From: Camelus dromedarius
Lineage: Eukaryota
Direction of reading: 5' to 3'
Length of the DNA stretch: 64,000 bases
Assembly (NCBI RefSeq): GCF_036321535.1
Contig: NC_087436.1
Span: forward strand, 15,438,001 to 15,502,000
Positions 13,485 through 25,413 of this stretch are shown here, in pieces. Positions within the stretch are counted from its first letter, which is position 1, and every line of letters starts with the position of its first letter. The translations under genes and the position numbers were made by a program. The notes below the pieces were generated by a model. That model ran no database searches. It was not told the origin of the DNA and was given only the letters and a program-made list of their open reading frames with translations.

Positions 13485-15465
13485 ATGGCAAAGTGATTCT
13501 ATATGATTACAGACATTCATACAATTATTTAAAATGGTGCAAGACAAGAATAAAGTAGATCAATGGAACAGAACAGAAAGTCCCAGAAGTAGACCCCCAC
13601 ATATACAGTAATGATTTTCAACAAATGCACCAAAGCAATCCAATAGTTAAAGAAAACTCTTTTCAACAAATGGTGTGGGAATAATTGGATACCTATATGG
13701 AGAGAAAATTAACCTTGACCTCTACCCCACATCACTCACACAAACTGAAGAGATATGATACAGATACATGCATAAAAGCTAAAATCATTAAGCTTATACT
13801 GGGAAATATAGACTATCATCATGATTTGGGGCTCAGTAAAGTCACAGAAAGCAGTCATATTTTCAAAATAATAATAAATATGACTGTGTTGAAATTTAGA
13901 GCATCTCATCAAAGACACAGTTAAGAAAATAAATAAGCAAATCACTGTCTGGGAATAAAAATCTACAAAACATGATGACAAAGGACTAGTACTTGGATAT
14001 ATAGAAAACTCCAACTCAGTAAGAAAAGACAAACAATCCAATTTTTTAAATTGACAAATACTTAAACAGACACTTGACAAAAGAAGATATGCAACTGGCC
14101 AATAAGCACATGAAAAGTACTCAATATCATTATATCACTACACACCAACCAGAATGACCAAAATTAAAAAGACTGACAAACTCAAGGCTGTTGAGCAACA
14201 GGAATTTAATATATTACTGGTGGAAATGTAAAAAAGTACAACCACTTTGGAAGCAGGTTTGTCAGTTTCTTATAAGGGAAACATACACCTACCCTATGAT
14301 CAAGCCATTCTAGTCATAGGCATTTACCCAAAAGAAACAGGAAATATATATATACACATATATATGAATACACACACACATATATCCACAAAAAGACTTG
14401 TAGAAGAATGTTCATTGCAGTTTTCTCACAGGAGCCAAAAAAATAGAAATGCTCCAGGTGTCCATGAATAAATAGAAGAATAGGGAAGCTATGGTATACT
14501 CATACAAAGAAATACTGTGCAGCAATAAAAAGGAATGAAACTACTAAAACATACAGGAATCTGGATGAATCTCAGAAACACTATGCTGAGTGAAAGAAGG
14601 ACCACGTTGAAGAAAGTATATATGGGTTTGAACTGCATGGGTCCATTTATACAAGGATTTGTTTCAATAGATACATATATGTACTGTAAATATATTTTCT
14701 CTTCCTTATGATTTTCTTAGTAACATTTCTCTTTTCTCTAGCTTACTTTATACAGTATATAATACACATGCAAACCATGTGTTAATCAATTGTGTGTCAT
14801 CAGTAAGGCTCATAGTCACCAGTAGGCTATTAGTAACTAAGTTTGGGGGAAGTCAAAAGTTATACTTGGATTTTTGATTGTGCAGGGGGTCAGTGCCCCT
14901 AACCCCCACATTGTTTAAGGATCAAATGTATATTATATGATTCCATTTAGATGAAACCATAGAATGGGCAAAACTAATCTCTGGTGAAAAAAATTAGCAC
15001 AGTGGTTGCCTCTAGAAGGGTAGCGGGTGGGGAATAACTGGAAGGGTAATGAGGGAACTTTCTAGGGTGATAATGGTGTTGTACAGTCTATGTCATGATA
15101 GAGTGTGATTTACACAGGTGTACGTGCTTGTCAAAACTCAGCAAGATGAGTGCATCTCATTGAAAACAAATTCTTATCAAAAGAAAAATCTGTAAACAAA
15201 CATTGGACTCTAGTTAACGATAAGTATGCTGAACTATTTAGAGGATATTTCCTAATATAGGCAATGTACTTCAAGATGTATTAAATAATTAAGATATATT
15301 AATAAGTAGAATGATAAAGAGATATATATGTGATAAAGCAAATATAGAAAAATGTTACTAGTAGACTACAGATGATAGGTTTGGGTCCTAACTGTCAAAT
15401 TCCCTCAACTTTGCTACATTTGAAATTTTTCATGATAAAATTTTTCACACTAAAATGTCAAAAAA
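13485..15465 (+). mobile_element. Old L1 (L1MC/MD-like) ORF2 3' part plus 3'UTR, interrupted by Tigger2
   Basis: Decayed ORF2 motifs (caatggaacagaacagaaagtcc; ttttcaacaaatggtgtggga; HLPYDQAI), then an old L1 3'UTR. Confidence 0.85.
14620..14930. mobile_element. Tigger2-derived MITE (Tigger2a/MER28-like) nested in L1
   Basis: gggtttgaactgcatgggtcca...aagttatacttggatttttga.tgtgcagggggtcagtgcccctaacccccacattgtttaaggatcaaatgta. Confidence 0.8.
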
Positions 15466-15874
15466 CGTGTGAAAAGTGTACTTATTGACATACACACACA
15501 CATATCTACACACATATAGTAAAATATAAAAAGCAAGATGCAAGATAGCATCTAGAAATGATTGCATTCTAGTTTTCTTTTAAGGCAAACATGTACAGAA
15601 AAAGGGCTGGGAAGACAATCACAATCAGCACATTGGTGTATTTAATATAACTATATTTTAACTCCACTTCACAGAGGGACAATGTAATATCCATTTGTAA
15701 AATAACAAAGTACTGACAGTTCCCTGGATTTACCTAGGCCATCTTAATTATAATTTTGAACTGAACAGCACTATGTATTTCATGGTCTCCAGACAGTGCT
15801 CCTTCTAGTAAGGGCAGCCTAGTGAGGATTTGTCAGATCAGAGTTTTGGGGTCTCTATCCTTGTGTTTCCAGGC

Positions 15875-16068
15875 ACCCTGTTTATATTTCTACCATAACA
15901 TTTTCATACTGTTTTGCAACTGTATATTTTCCACTAGATCATAAATTCCTTAAAGGTAAGAGTTACAAGTTGAAGTTCAAGTTACTCCAGAGATAAGTAC
16001 AGTATTTAGCACATATGGAACAGTCAGTCAGTAAGTGCTAGTGAAGAGAAAATTCAATAAATGAACAA
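15875..16068 (+). mobile_element. L2 3' end
   Basis: ccactagatcataaattccttaaaggtaag...acagtatttagcacata...aataaatgaacaaa. Confidence 0.55.
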
Positions 16069-16384
16069 ACAGCGGTTTCAAGAGGCCCTCAATTCAAAAA
16101 ACCTCTTTCACCCAAATTCTACTACCACTGAAAACTGATCACTACAAACCGTTACACTTGGACTCACTACTAATGTTACCCAAAAAATGTCTTAGAATGT
16201 AAAAATTCTTCTGAGAAGATAAAACTTTAAGTCACTCAAACCCACTAATAGGTTTCTAGCTCCTTGAAGGTAAGAGAAAAGGATGGTGCCATGGCTGGAT
16301 CCTGAGGACAGCAAAGTCCCCTGCACAGGAGCGGTATTAAAAGGGTGCTGAGTAGAAATCGTGCATCAAATGCCTGACCCATTA

Positions 16385-16490
16385 AGTTAAGCGGTTAACA
16401 TTGGGGGAAACTGGGGGAAGGGTATATGGGAACACACCACATTATTTTTGTAACTTTTCTGTAAATCTAAAATTATTTCAAAATAAAAAG
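16385..16490 (+). mobile_element. Old L1 extreme 3'UTR fragment
   Basis: ttaacattgggggaaactgggggaagggtatatgggaac...taacttttctgtaaatctaaaattatttcaaaataaaaagt. Confidence 0.8.
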
Positions 16491-19400
16491 TCTTTAAAAA
16501 TGCTGTCGGCCGCAGGGGTGGGGAATGCACCACATGTGGAAAGAGGGAGCTAAGAAAGCGGAGATGTGCAGGGCACAGAAAAGGAAAGCTTTTCTTTCAG
16601 TTCCCAGCCTTGCCCAGGACCATCCATGCTTTAATACCTTCAGCTGTAAGAAAAATACTTGGGCCTCCCAAAAGGTATCTTCCCCAAAAATGAAAGATAA
16701 ATCAATCCTTAACCAAACTGAGATTTCCAAGCCAGATCACAAATACATCAAGACAGAGAGGTAAAGTGGGGATGGAAAAAAAAAAATCTCTTTAAATGTA
16801 TTTATATCTACATAAGGAGTAACTAACTGTAAAAAGCACTTGCAGCAGCTCAATGGGAAAGAAACATGAAATGAACAAAGGAGGAGCCCTGGGGTGAAGT
16901 CGACCTCGATGCTGGCCTTCTATTGGCCACCATTATTAATTCCTCACCACAACCACTATTGACTTGTTTGTCAGCTGAGAATGACAACAGAGGTAGATTT
17001 CACACAAGAATAAGCTCACAAATGGTGCTCTCAGTCTCCAAAGGCAGAAGCCAGATCTGCTGTTGTATTTTGTGCTACCCCTGGCTCAGTGCCCCATGAA
17101 GGTAAAGAGCTTAATAAATGCTTTCAGTGGTACCAATGGCTGCAAGAATTTGCTTCCCATCTCATTTACTGTCCTCATGTAATATTTATTAAATATTCAC
17201 ATGCACAAGGGGAGCCCCAAGCTAGGGGCTATTTGTACCCTTCCCAAAGAATGCCTAATACTGCCTGCAGGGAGGAATTTCATCCAAATCCAAAAGGAGG
17301 AAAAACTGTTATTTAAGGGTGTCTTGGGTTTACCTTGGGGCAGTTTTGGAACAAATGTTCCTTCCAAGTTACAGGAGGTAGTTTTTAGGGAAGGCTGGCT
17401 GGGAAAGGGGAGAGTATATGAGAGTTGGCAGGGAGGGAAGTGGGCGGCTCCAACCTCTGAGCTGCCTGTTCGTTCGGCTGTCCCTGCCAGGGTCCAGACA
17501 ATCCTGAGGGACTGGCGTTACCCAATTTCAAGACTCAAAGTGGGTTCCAATTTCAAATTACCAATTTTTGTTTCTCCCCAAGTTCTAAGCTTTGCAAGAG
17601 CAATAAAGTCAAACCTTGATGCTGAGAGCCTATCTACGCAAGTACACAGCTGATGTCTTAGTTCAGCCAATGACTGTGGATCAGTAGTGTGATGTTGTTC
17701 ACCTAGAGGGCGAGGAGAAGACAGCCTATTCTACCTCACCCCTCATCCTTTCACCCACAGCTCCAGCTGGGGCCACACACAGCCATTCACTTACTCATAG
17801 CTCCTATATTCTGATGAGGAACCTTTGGACAGGCCAGATCCCACCCCAAGGCAAAAGGCTAACAACTCCTGACCCAGCAACCCAAGGAGACAATGCTGGC
17901 CAGTGATCAGACCACAGCACACTCACTGTTACCATCCTGTGCGTGAAGGCAGGTCCCCAGGGTCTTTCTCCCCTAAATTTCTGTGCCTGCCTTGCTCTTT
18001 CCTAGATCTTAATTCCCAAGAGGATACTGTTCATTGTAAATGTTGCACTTTTCTGAGATATTCTGAGCTTAAATAAAAACTGAGTTACTCAAAGGCACAC
18101 AGCCACATAAAATTATGCAATCCTGTTACAGAACTCCCACTCTCTTCCTTGTTCCCTCTCCGAGTCTCGTCCAAATCTCTTCATAAACCTGCTGGGTAAG
18201 GCCCTCCCGGATGCTCAGCCTTCCCACAGTACCTCCTTGTCTTCACCTTGAAAGGGCCTCTTCAGTTTTCATTCTATATTCTCTGTCTTCTCCTCCTGAA
18301 CCTTTCAGACTCGAAATGCCTCAGGAAAGAGGCTCTAATTTCAGTACCACTTCTGCTTCCAGGAGCAACATTTACCTTCACTATTTAAATAATATATAAC
18401 ACAGTCTCTCTGGTAAGCATTAGCCCATGCTGTCCTTTTCGGCTCCTGATCACCTCTCTCCCTCTGAATATCTCCATCTCCCAGAGTCAAAACTGTGGTT
18501 CTCAAAGTGTTTACATTCATGGGGGTGGGGGAGGGGCGGAGAGAGCCAGCGGGGCTCTTCTACAGGCCCTTACAACTTCAAAAATGAATAATAAAAAGAT
18601 CACAGATGACCCCTGTTCATTTAATAGTCCAAGAAAACATTTCCTACAAAATATGACATGGATCTAAGATCATCTGCCACACCATTTAACAATGTATAAT
18701 GATATGAAAGTAAAAACATGTTAGATAATTATCAAATACTAAAAAATGCATATACTGACTAGAAGGAAGACGTTAGTAAGTGGAGAATTGGGGTTCAAAA
18801 TAATACTAGACGTGTTTTAACTTTTGAAAACCTTTTTTCTTATTTTCTGGTGTCTATCTCACTCCTTACTGTACTCCTTTTAAAAATTAGATACAGCTTT
18901 CACAGCATAAACAGAGAGAGTGGTACAGGACACTGAGCTGAGCAGCGGTACTTTGGGTGGGAATCTCAGCTAGAAACAAATGCTCCCTGTTGAAGATTAT
19001 GAAAGTTTTATTTTTGCCAGGGAATGTCCTATTTGATTTCTCTTTTATAAAAGTAGGAGGATTTGTCCTCTGTCCCAGGTGACAGAGTTGGTTTGTAAAT
19101 AAGAAGTAATTACCACAGTTCTAAATCTCTTCCCATATTACAGAACTGGTTTCATATTTTACATTCTGAAATTCAGCACTCTCTTAAGGGTTGTCTTTAA
19201 TTTAGTGGAAATACTTCCCTAGCAAAGGTCACAGAAAACTCAGTAGAGCCTCACAGTAACAGTGAATATTTATTAAGTATCCTGTCCGAAAAATCACCCC
19301 TCTCTACACAGTCACCACCCAACTCAATCCCTTTCTCCCGTTTCTCATAACCCCATTCGAATTCTATCCCCAAAATACAGCTTGTGCCTACCCTCAGTGA

Positions 19401-20851
19401 GGAAACATGATATATTAATGCAAATGTGCTGGAACCTGAGATCTGATCTTTAGCTTTCTGAGAAAGCCATATGGCAAAACCCCTTTAAATCAAAGTCACT
19501 GGCCAAACCTCGGCAGACTACCAGTCCCTTGGGTATAGCATAATCTTATTTATTAGCAAAGCTTCTTCAAGTCTGACTACTGCTTCTCTCAACATCCAGC
19601 GCCCAGTAAATGAAACTGGTTTGCAGATGGTCAAGAGCTCGGAAAATTATTAAACTGTTTCACATTTTTGGAAACTCCAAATTATTCAGTGCTAGCTAGC
19701 CATTAAGTACAGAAGAAGAGTTTTGTTTGTGGACACTCAGTTTACTATTAATGGCCTTGAACGACACACAATTTTGTCATCAGTCACAGCACACGAGGAC
19801 AACTGAACACGCTCCAGCGGGTGCACTGCAGGCAGTGCCGGAGATGCGTCATTTCCCGCCTCCTGCAGTCATTCCAAGGATGCTGTCAGCCCACGTTTCC
19901 AATACAGTGAGAGAATTTAAATGGCTGTTATGCTGAAACATTTGTTTTACTACATTAACTTCATATCCTTGTTCTGAAATTGGACTGCGCCCATTTGGTT
20001 TCTCTGTATTTGTCCCTTATTTGTCTTTGAGGAAATAAGTAAAAGTTATAACTCTATTGCAATCCCACAGATAGAAAAATGCTAGATCCTTCCGGTATAC
20101 TTTTTCCTTCCAGGCTCTGTTCAGTTCAGTGCTTCTCCCCAAGTGTATCAGGACACTCTATGTTCCAATGGCCTATTTTATTGTGACGATGCCAGACTTC
20201 CTCCACAACATGGACTACTTCTGGGCAGATCCTAGGCTCATCTCTTTTGTCTTCAGACTTCCAGTCAACTTAGTTCCCATCCTCTAGCCTTACTTATTAG
20301 AATCCCACTCAGGTTTGCTTTGGAGGCAAAACAATCAGAATGTCCCCAGGGTGTATGAATGGCAACTACAGAGAACCAGAAGGTAAGTGTGGCCACACTG
20401 GTAATATGGTTATGTTTTTACACACTGAACAGATGAGAGACAACTTCTGATGTCAAATTCGAGTCACCAAAAGCAACTCAAGATCCATTATTCGAAGGCT
20501 ATTCCGTTCAATTCAGTGCTTCTCCCAAATATCTTTAAGTGTGTATCTTCCCGCATTTAATTGGAGTAAGATCTTTTAGAAAAATTCTTTGCAAATCACT
20601 TATTCTAAAACATTTATCAGGAACAAGCTACAGTGTTTTAAAATTGGCCAGTAGCCATTTCTGGGGTGAGGTATTTTTCCTCCTATGGTCATGATTAGCA
20701 ATTAGTAATAGCAGCTTTGGAAAAGCTGGGTTAGACATAACATGAGTGTGCCCTTCAGCATGGGACACTGGGGCCTCAGCGGGTCACTAAGCAAATTATT
20801 AAAGTGAACATTTTTTTTTAAAGCATGCCTCTAGCCTCAGATATTTCCCCA

Positions 20852-21462
20852 GTGTGTTAATCCAGATGTCTGAATTTACAGGTGACAGAAAGCCAACTCA
20901 AATCTGCTTGGGCAAAACAGAAGGTATATTAGCTCATCTAGCTAGATAGCACTTAGAACAGAAGAAAACTGGATCAGGACTCAATGTCAGGAAACTCATT
21001 TGCTCTTGCCCACCACCCACCTTACCAAGTCTCTGCGTATCTCTGCATCTCTTTGCCTAATGGCCTCCCTCTCTCTGCTTCATGCGTGCCTTCCATGTGA
21101 TCCAGGAAATAAACTCCAGGCTACCGCTTGTCCTGCACTTACATCTCAAAGACACGAATGTCTTGCACATTTGCTGTATCACAAAAGTCCTGGGGACGAG
21201 TCACATTCATCTGATCACATCATCACTAGAGCCTGGAAGATGGGGTTGCCTAGGAGATGGGAATCTCTAATTAGGCCTCAGTCACATGCTTACGTTTGTG
21301 GCTAGGAATAGGAAGCAGGGAATGGGGAGGTCATAGATCAACATGATTGCTGTCCTTATCAAAATGAGGCGAAAAGGGAAAGAAGTCTCCAAATGGAAAG
21401 GACTGTTATTACCAACAGCGATGAGAAAGAAACATCCAGGGCAGCCATAATCACTAACTACC
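20852..21462 (-). mobile_element. MaLR solo LTR (MLT1J/K-like), degenerate
   Basis: caggtgacagaaagccaactcaaatctgcttgggcaaaa..gaaggtatattagctca, plus downstream ggcctcagtcacatgc...; antisense MLT1 pattern. Confidence 0.55.
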
Positions 21463-21638
21463 TCTATCTCTACCATAATCAGTAGTCTACCACTGACCTC
21501 TTTCACACAAAGATGCGGTGGCCATCTATTCCCAGCTGTTCGGGTGTGGTGCCCAGACTTCTTATAAATTTTGAGGAAGGGAGAACAACCTGCCACCTAC
21601 TCAGATGATACACTGGATATATTTTTATCAATAATTTT

Positions 21639-22800
21639 GAACAGCTATATCTGTAAAAGACTAAAATTAGAACATTCTCTAACACCATGTACAAAAATGA
21701 ACTCAAAATGGATTAAAGACCTAAATGTAAGACCAGATACTATAAAACTCCTAGAGGAAAACATAGGCAGAACACTCACAGACATACATCACAGCAATAC
21801 ATTTTTTGAACCAGCTTCTGGAGTAATGGAAATAAAAGCAAAAATAAACAAATGGGATCTAATTAAACTTAAAAGCTTTTGCACAGCTAAGGATACCATC
21901 AACAAAATGAAAAGACAACCTACAGAATGGGAGAAAATATTTGCAAATGATGCAACTGACAAGGGACTAATTTCCAAAATATACAAACAGCTCACATACC
22001 TTAATATCAAAGAAACAAGCAACCCAATCCAAAAATGGGCAAAAGACCTAAACAAGCAATTCTCCAGTGACAACACAGAAATGGCCAATAGGCACATGAA
22101 AAAAATGCTCAGCATTGCTAATTGTCAGAGAAATGCAGATCAAAACTACAATGAGATACCACCTCACACCAGCCAGAATGGCCATCATTGAAAAAGTCTA
22201 CAAATGATAGATGCTGGAGAGAGTGTGGAGAAAAGGGAACCCTCCCACACTGCTGGTGAGAATGTAGATTGGTGAAGCCACTATGGAGGACAGCATGGAG
22301 GTTCCTTAAAAAACTGAAAACAGACTTATCATGTGATCCAGCAATCCCACTCCTGGGAACAGCTATACCTGTAAAAGACTAAATTTAGAACATTCTCTAA
22401 CCCCATGTACAAAAATAAACTCAAAATGGATTAAAGACCTAAATGTAAGACCAGATACTATAAAACTCCTAGAGGAAAACATATATCTGGAGAAAAATAA
22501 AATTCAAAAAGACACCTGCAACCCAATGTTCACAGCAGCACTATTTACAATAGCCAAGACATGGAAACAACCCAAATGTCCATCAACAGATGACTGGATA
22601 AAGAAGATGTGGTACATATATACAATGGAACACTAATTAGCCATAAAAAAAGAATAAAACAAGGCCATTTGCAGCAACATGGATGGACCTGAAGATCGCC
22701 ATTAAGTGAAGTGGGCCAGAAAAAGAAAGAAAAATTCCATATGATATCGCTTAAATGTGGAATCTAAAAATAATAATAATATTAAGGACACAAATGAACT
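21639..22800 (+). mobile_element. 5'-truncated L1 (ORF2 C-terminal region, frameshifted) with internal 127-bp duplication
   Basis: ORF 21571-22191 encodes [35 protein letters not shown]...[11 protein letters not shown]; reaches ggaatctaa (ORF2 end) near 22760; no clear poly-A. Confidence 0.95.
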
Positions 22801-23104
22801 ATTTATTATTTATAACTTAGTTGATTTCTTGAATATGTGTAAGCACATTTGACTGTCCTTTATGATTGGATTACCACATTCTGTTGATTCTGATTTTGTG
22901 GTTGGCTATATTCCTTTGATAATTATCTAAGTTTTAAAAGCTAAAGCTCTAATCTGTTCTTAGAAACAATGATTAGCACATATATGTAAACTAAAAAAAA
23001 GTCTAGTATATTGTATATATGTATTTACATGCAATATAATGTATATGTGCAAACTGTAACAATTCTACCTAATAAAACTGAAAAAGGAAAACAAAACAAA
23101 AAAG

Positions 23105-23252
23105 GTAGCATTAATCTGTATTTGAAATGATCATATTTACTATGTGTCTCTTTTTAAAGAATCTCAGGCTCCATGAGAAGAGTGACTTGATCTGTCTTGC
23201 TCATTTCACTTATAATTCAATGCCTGGTATTCAATAAATATTTGCTTAATGA
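23105..23252 (+). mobile_element. L2 3' end
   Basis: ggctccatgagaagagtgacttgatctgtcttgctca...tgcctggtattcaataaatatttgcttaatgaa. Confidence 0.65.
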
Positions 23253-24059
23253 AAAAAAAAAAAAGAGGTTCATCTCTCCAAGGACCCACATTGAGGGAGT
23301 GGCAGAACAAAGCTATGCAGTGCCAGGACTTTATTTACTTCCTTCCTCTTTATTAATGCTTGCAGTAAAATACAAGTTTTATTATCTTTGTTTTATTAAT
23401 GAGGAACCTGTTGTTTAAAGGGATTAAGTTCTGCCTCCCAGCTAGTAAATGCAGATTCAAACTGAGGTCTCTTTTTTTAAGCTTATACAATGTGATTTGT
23501 TTAAATGGTGTACAATGTGCTATTTAATATACATACACATTGTGAAATGATTACCACAATCTAGTTAATGAATAAATCCATCACCTCAAAAAAAATTTTT
23601 GAACAGCTGAACTCTAGATTCTCAGAAAAAGAGAATAACCTAGAATTTCTCCAGCTTGGTTCTTACTAAAAGATTAGTTTTAGGAAATAACATTCAGAGG
23701 AGGTGACATGAAGGATTTGCTATCCTGTAACTAACTACTGGTTACACTTCCAACGGCCACTTCGCCTTTTTTTTTGCTGTTGGCAGAACGTGTCATGTTA
23801 AGGAAGCTCTCTTCTATTCCTAGTCTTCTGGGTCTTTTTGCTATGAAAGAGTGTTAAATTTTCTTAAATGTTCTCTCTGCATCTATTGAGATGATCACGT
23901 GAATTTTTTTTACCATTTGTTCTGTTAACGTGGTATATTATATTGATTTTTTTTTAGTGGTTACTATGGGGATTACAGTTAATAGTCTAAGTTTATAACA
24001 AACTAGTATGAATTGATACCAACTTAGCTTCAATAGCATGCATTAAATCTATTCCTATC

Positions 24060-25136
24060 CCACAAACTTTTGGTCAACTCATCTTTGACAAAGGAGGCAA
24101 GAATATACATTGGAATAAAGACAGTCTCTTCAGCAAATGGTGTTGGGAAAACTGGACAGCAGCATGTAAAACAATGAAGCTAGAACACTCCCTTACACCA
24201 TATACAAAAATCAACTCAAAATGGATTAAAGACTTAAACATAAGACAAGATACAATAAACCTCCTAGAGGAAAACATAGGCAAAACATTATCTGACATAC
24301 ATCTCAAAAATTTTCTCCTAGAAGAAATAAAAGCAAGAATAAACAAATGGGACCTAATGAAACTTACAAGCTTCTGCACAGCAAAGGAAACCAGAAATAA
24401 AACAAGAAGAAAACCTATGGAATGGGAGAAAATTTTTGCAAGTGAAACCGACAAAGGCTTGATCTCCAGAATATATAAGCAGCTCATACGACTCAGTAAG
24501 AAAAAAATAAACAACCCAATCCAAAAATGGGCAGAAGACCTAAACAAGCAATTCTCCAAGGAAGACATACAAATGATCAAAAAGCACATGAAAAAATGCT
24601 CCATATCACTAATTATCAGAGAAATGCAAATCAAAACTACAATGAAGTACCACCTCACACCAGTCAGAATGGCCGTCATTCAAAAATCCACAAATGACAA
24701 ATGCTGGAGAGGCTGTGGAGAAAGGGGAACCCTCCTACACTGCTGGTGGGAATGCAGTTTGGTGCAGCCACTATGGAAAACAGTGTGGAGATTCCTCAAA
24801 AGACTAGGAATAGACTTACCATATGACCCAGGAATCCCACTCCTGGGCTTGTATCCAGAAGGAAGTCTACTTCAGGATGACACCTGCACCCCAATGTTCA
24901 TAGCAGCACTATTTACAATAGCCAAAACATGGAAACAGCCTAAATGTCCATCAACAGGTGACTGGATAAAGAAGAAGTGGTATATTTATACAATGGAATA
25001 CTACTCAGCCATAAAAACCGACAACATAATGCCATTTGCAGCAACATGGATGCTCCTGGAGAATGTCATTCTAAGTGAAGTAAGCCAGAAAGAGAAAGAA
25101 AAATACCATATGAGATCGCTCATATGTGGAATCTAA
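24060..25136 (+). pseudogene. L1 ORF2p C-terminal portion (358 open codons; no EN or RT domain)
   Basis: Open from [32 protein letters not shown] to ...MRSLICGI*; includes the CX3CX7HX4C motif [18 protein letters not shown]. Confidence 0.95.
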
Positions 25137-25413
25137 AAAACAAAAAGAAAAACAAACAAACAAACAAAAACAAAGCGTAAATAAAGGACAGAAATAGACT
25201 CACAGACAGAGAATACAGACTTGTGGTTACCGGGGGGGTGGAGGGTGGGAAGGGATAGACTGGGATTTCAAAATTGTAGAATAGACTACACTGTATAGCA
25301 CAGGGAAATATACACAAAATGTTATGATAACTCACAGAGAAAAAAAAAAGTTTAATTCAGAACACCTATTTAATTAAAAATAAAAATAAAAAAAGACAAA
25401 CATTAAAAAAAAA
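24061..25413 (+). mobile_element. Young 5'-truncated L1 with perfect 16-bp TSD
   Basis: TSD aaatctattcctatcc at 24045-24060 and 25414-25429; TT/AAA endonuclease site; G-rich 3'UTR; A-tail. Confidence 0.97.

Noticed and set aside
17201..17653. 150-aa ORF and other 100-140-aa ORFs (5136-5931, 37000-37434, 57793-58206, 59427-59828)
   Set aside because: No recognisable domain; many use non-ATG starts or run through repeats (MIR, L2, L1/MER5A, AAT microsatellite giving poly-Asn).
24074..24679. 201-aa minus-strand ORF (also 21789-22115, 41416-41694, 13736-14080) resembling hydrophobic membrane proteins
   Set aside because: These are antisense frames of A-rich L1 ORF2, a well-known artefact.
25231..25255. 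G-quadruplex-like tract
   Set aside because: This is the standard G-rich polypurine tract of L1 3'UTRs; not novel.
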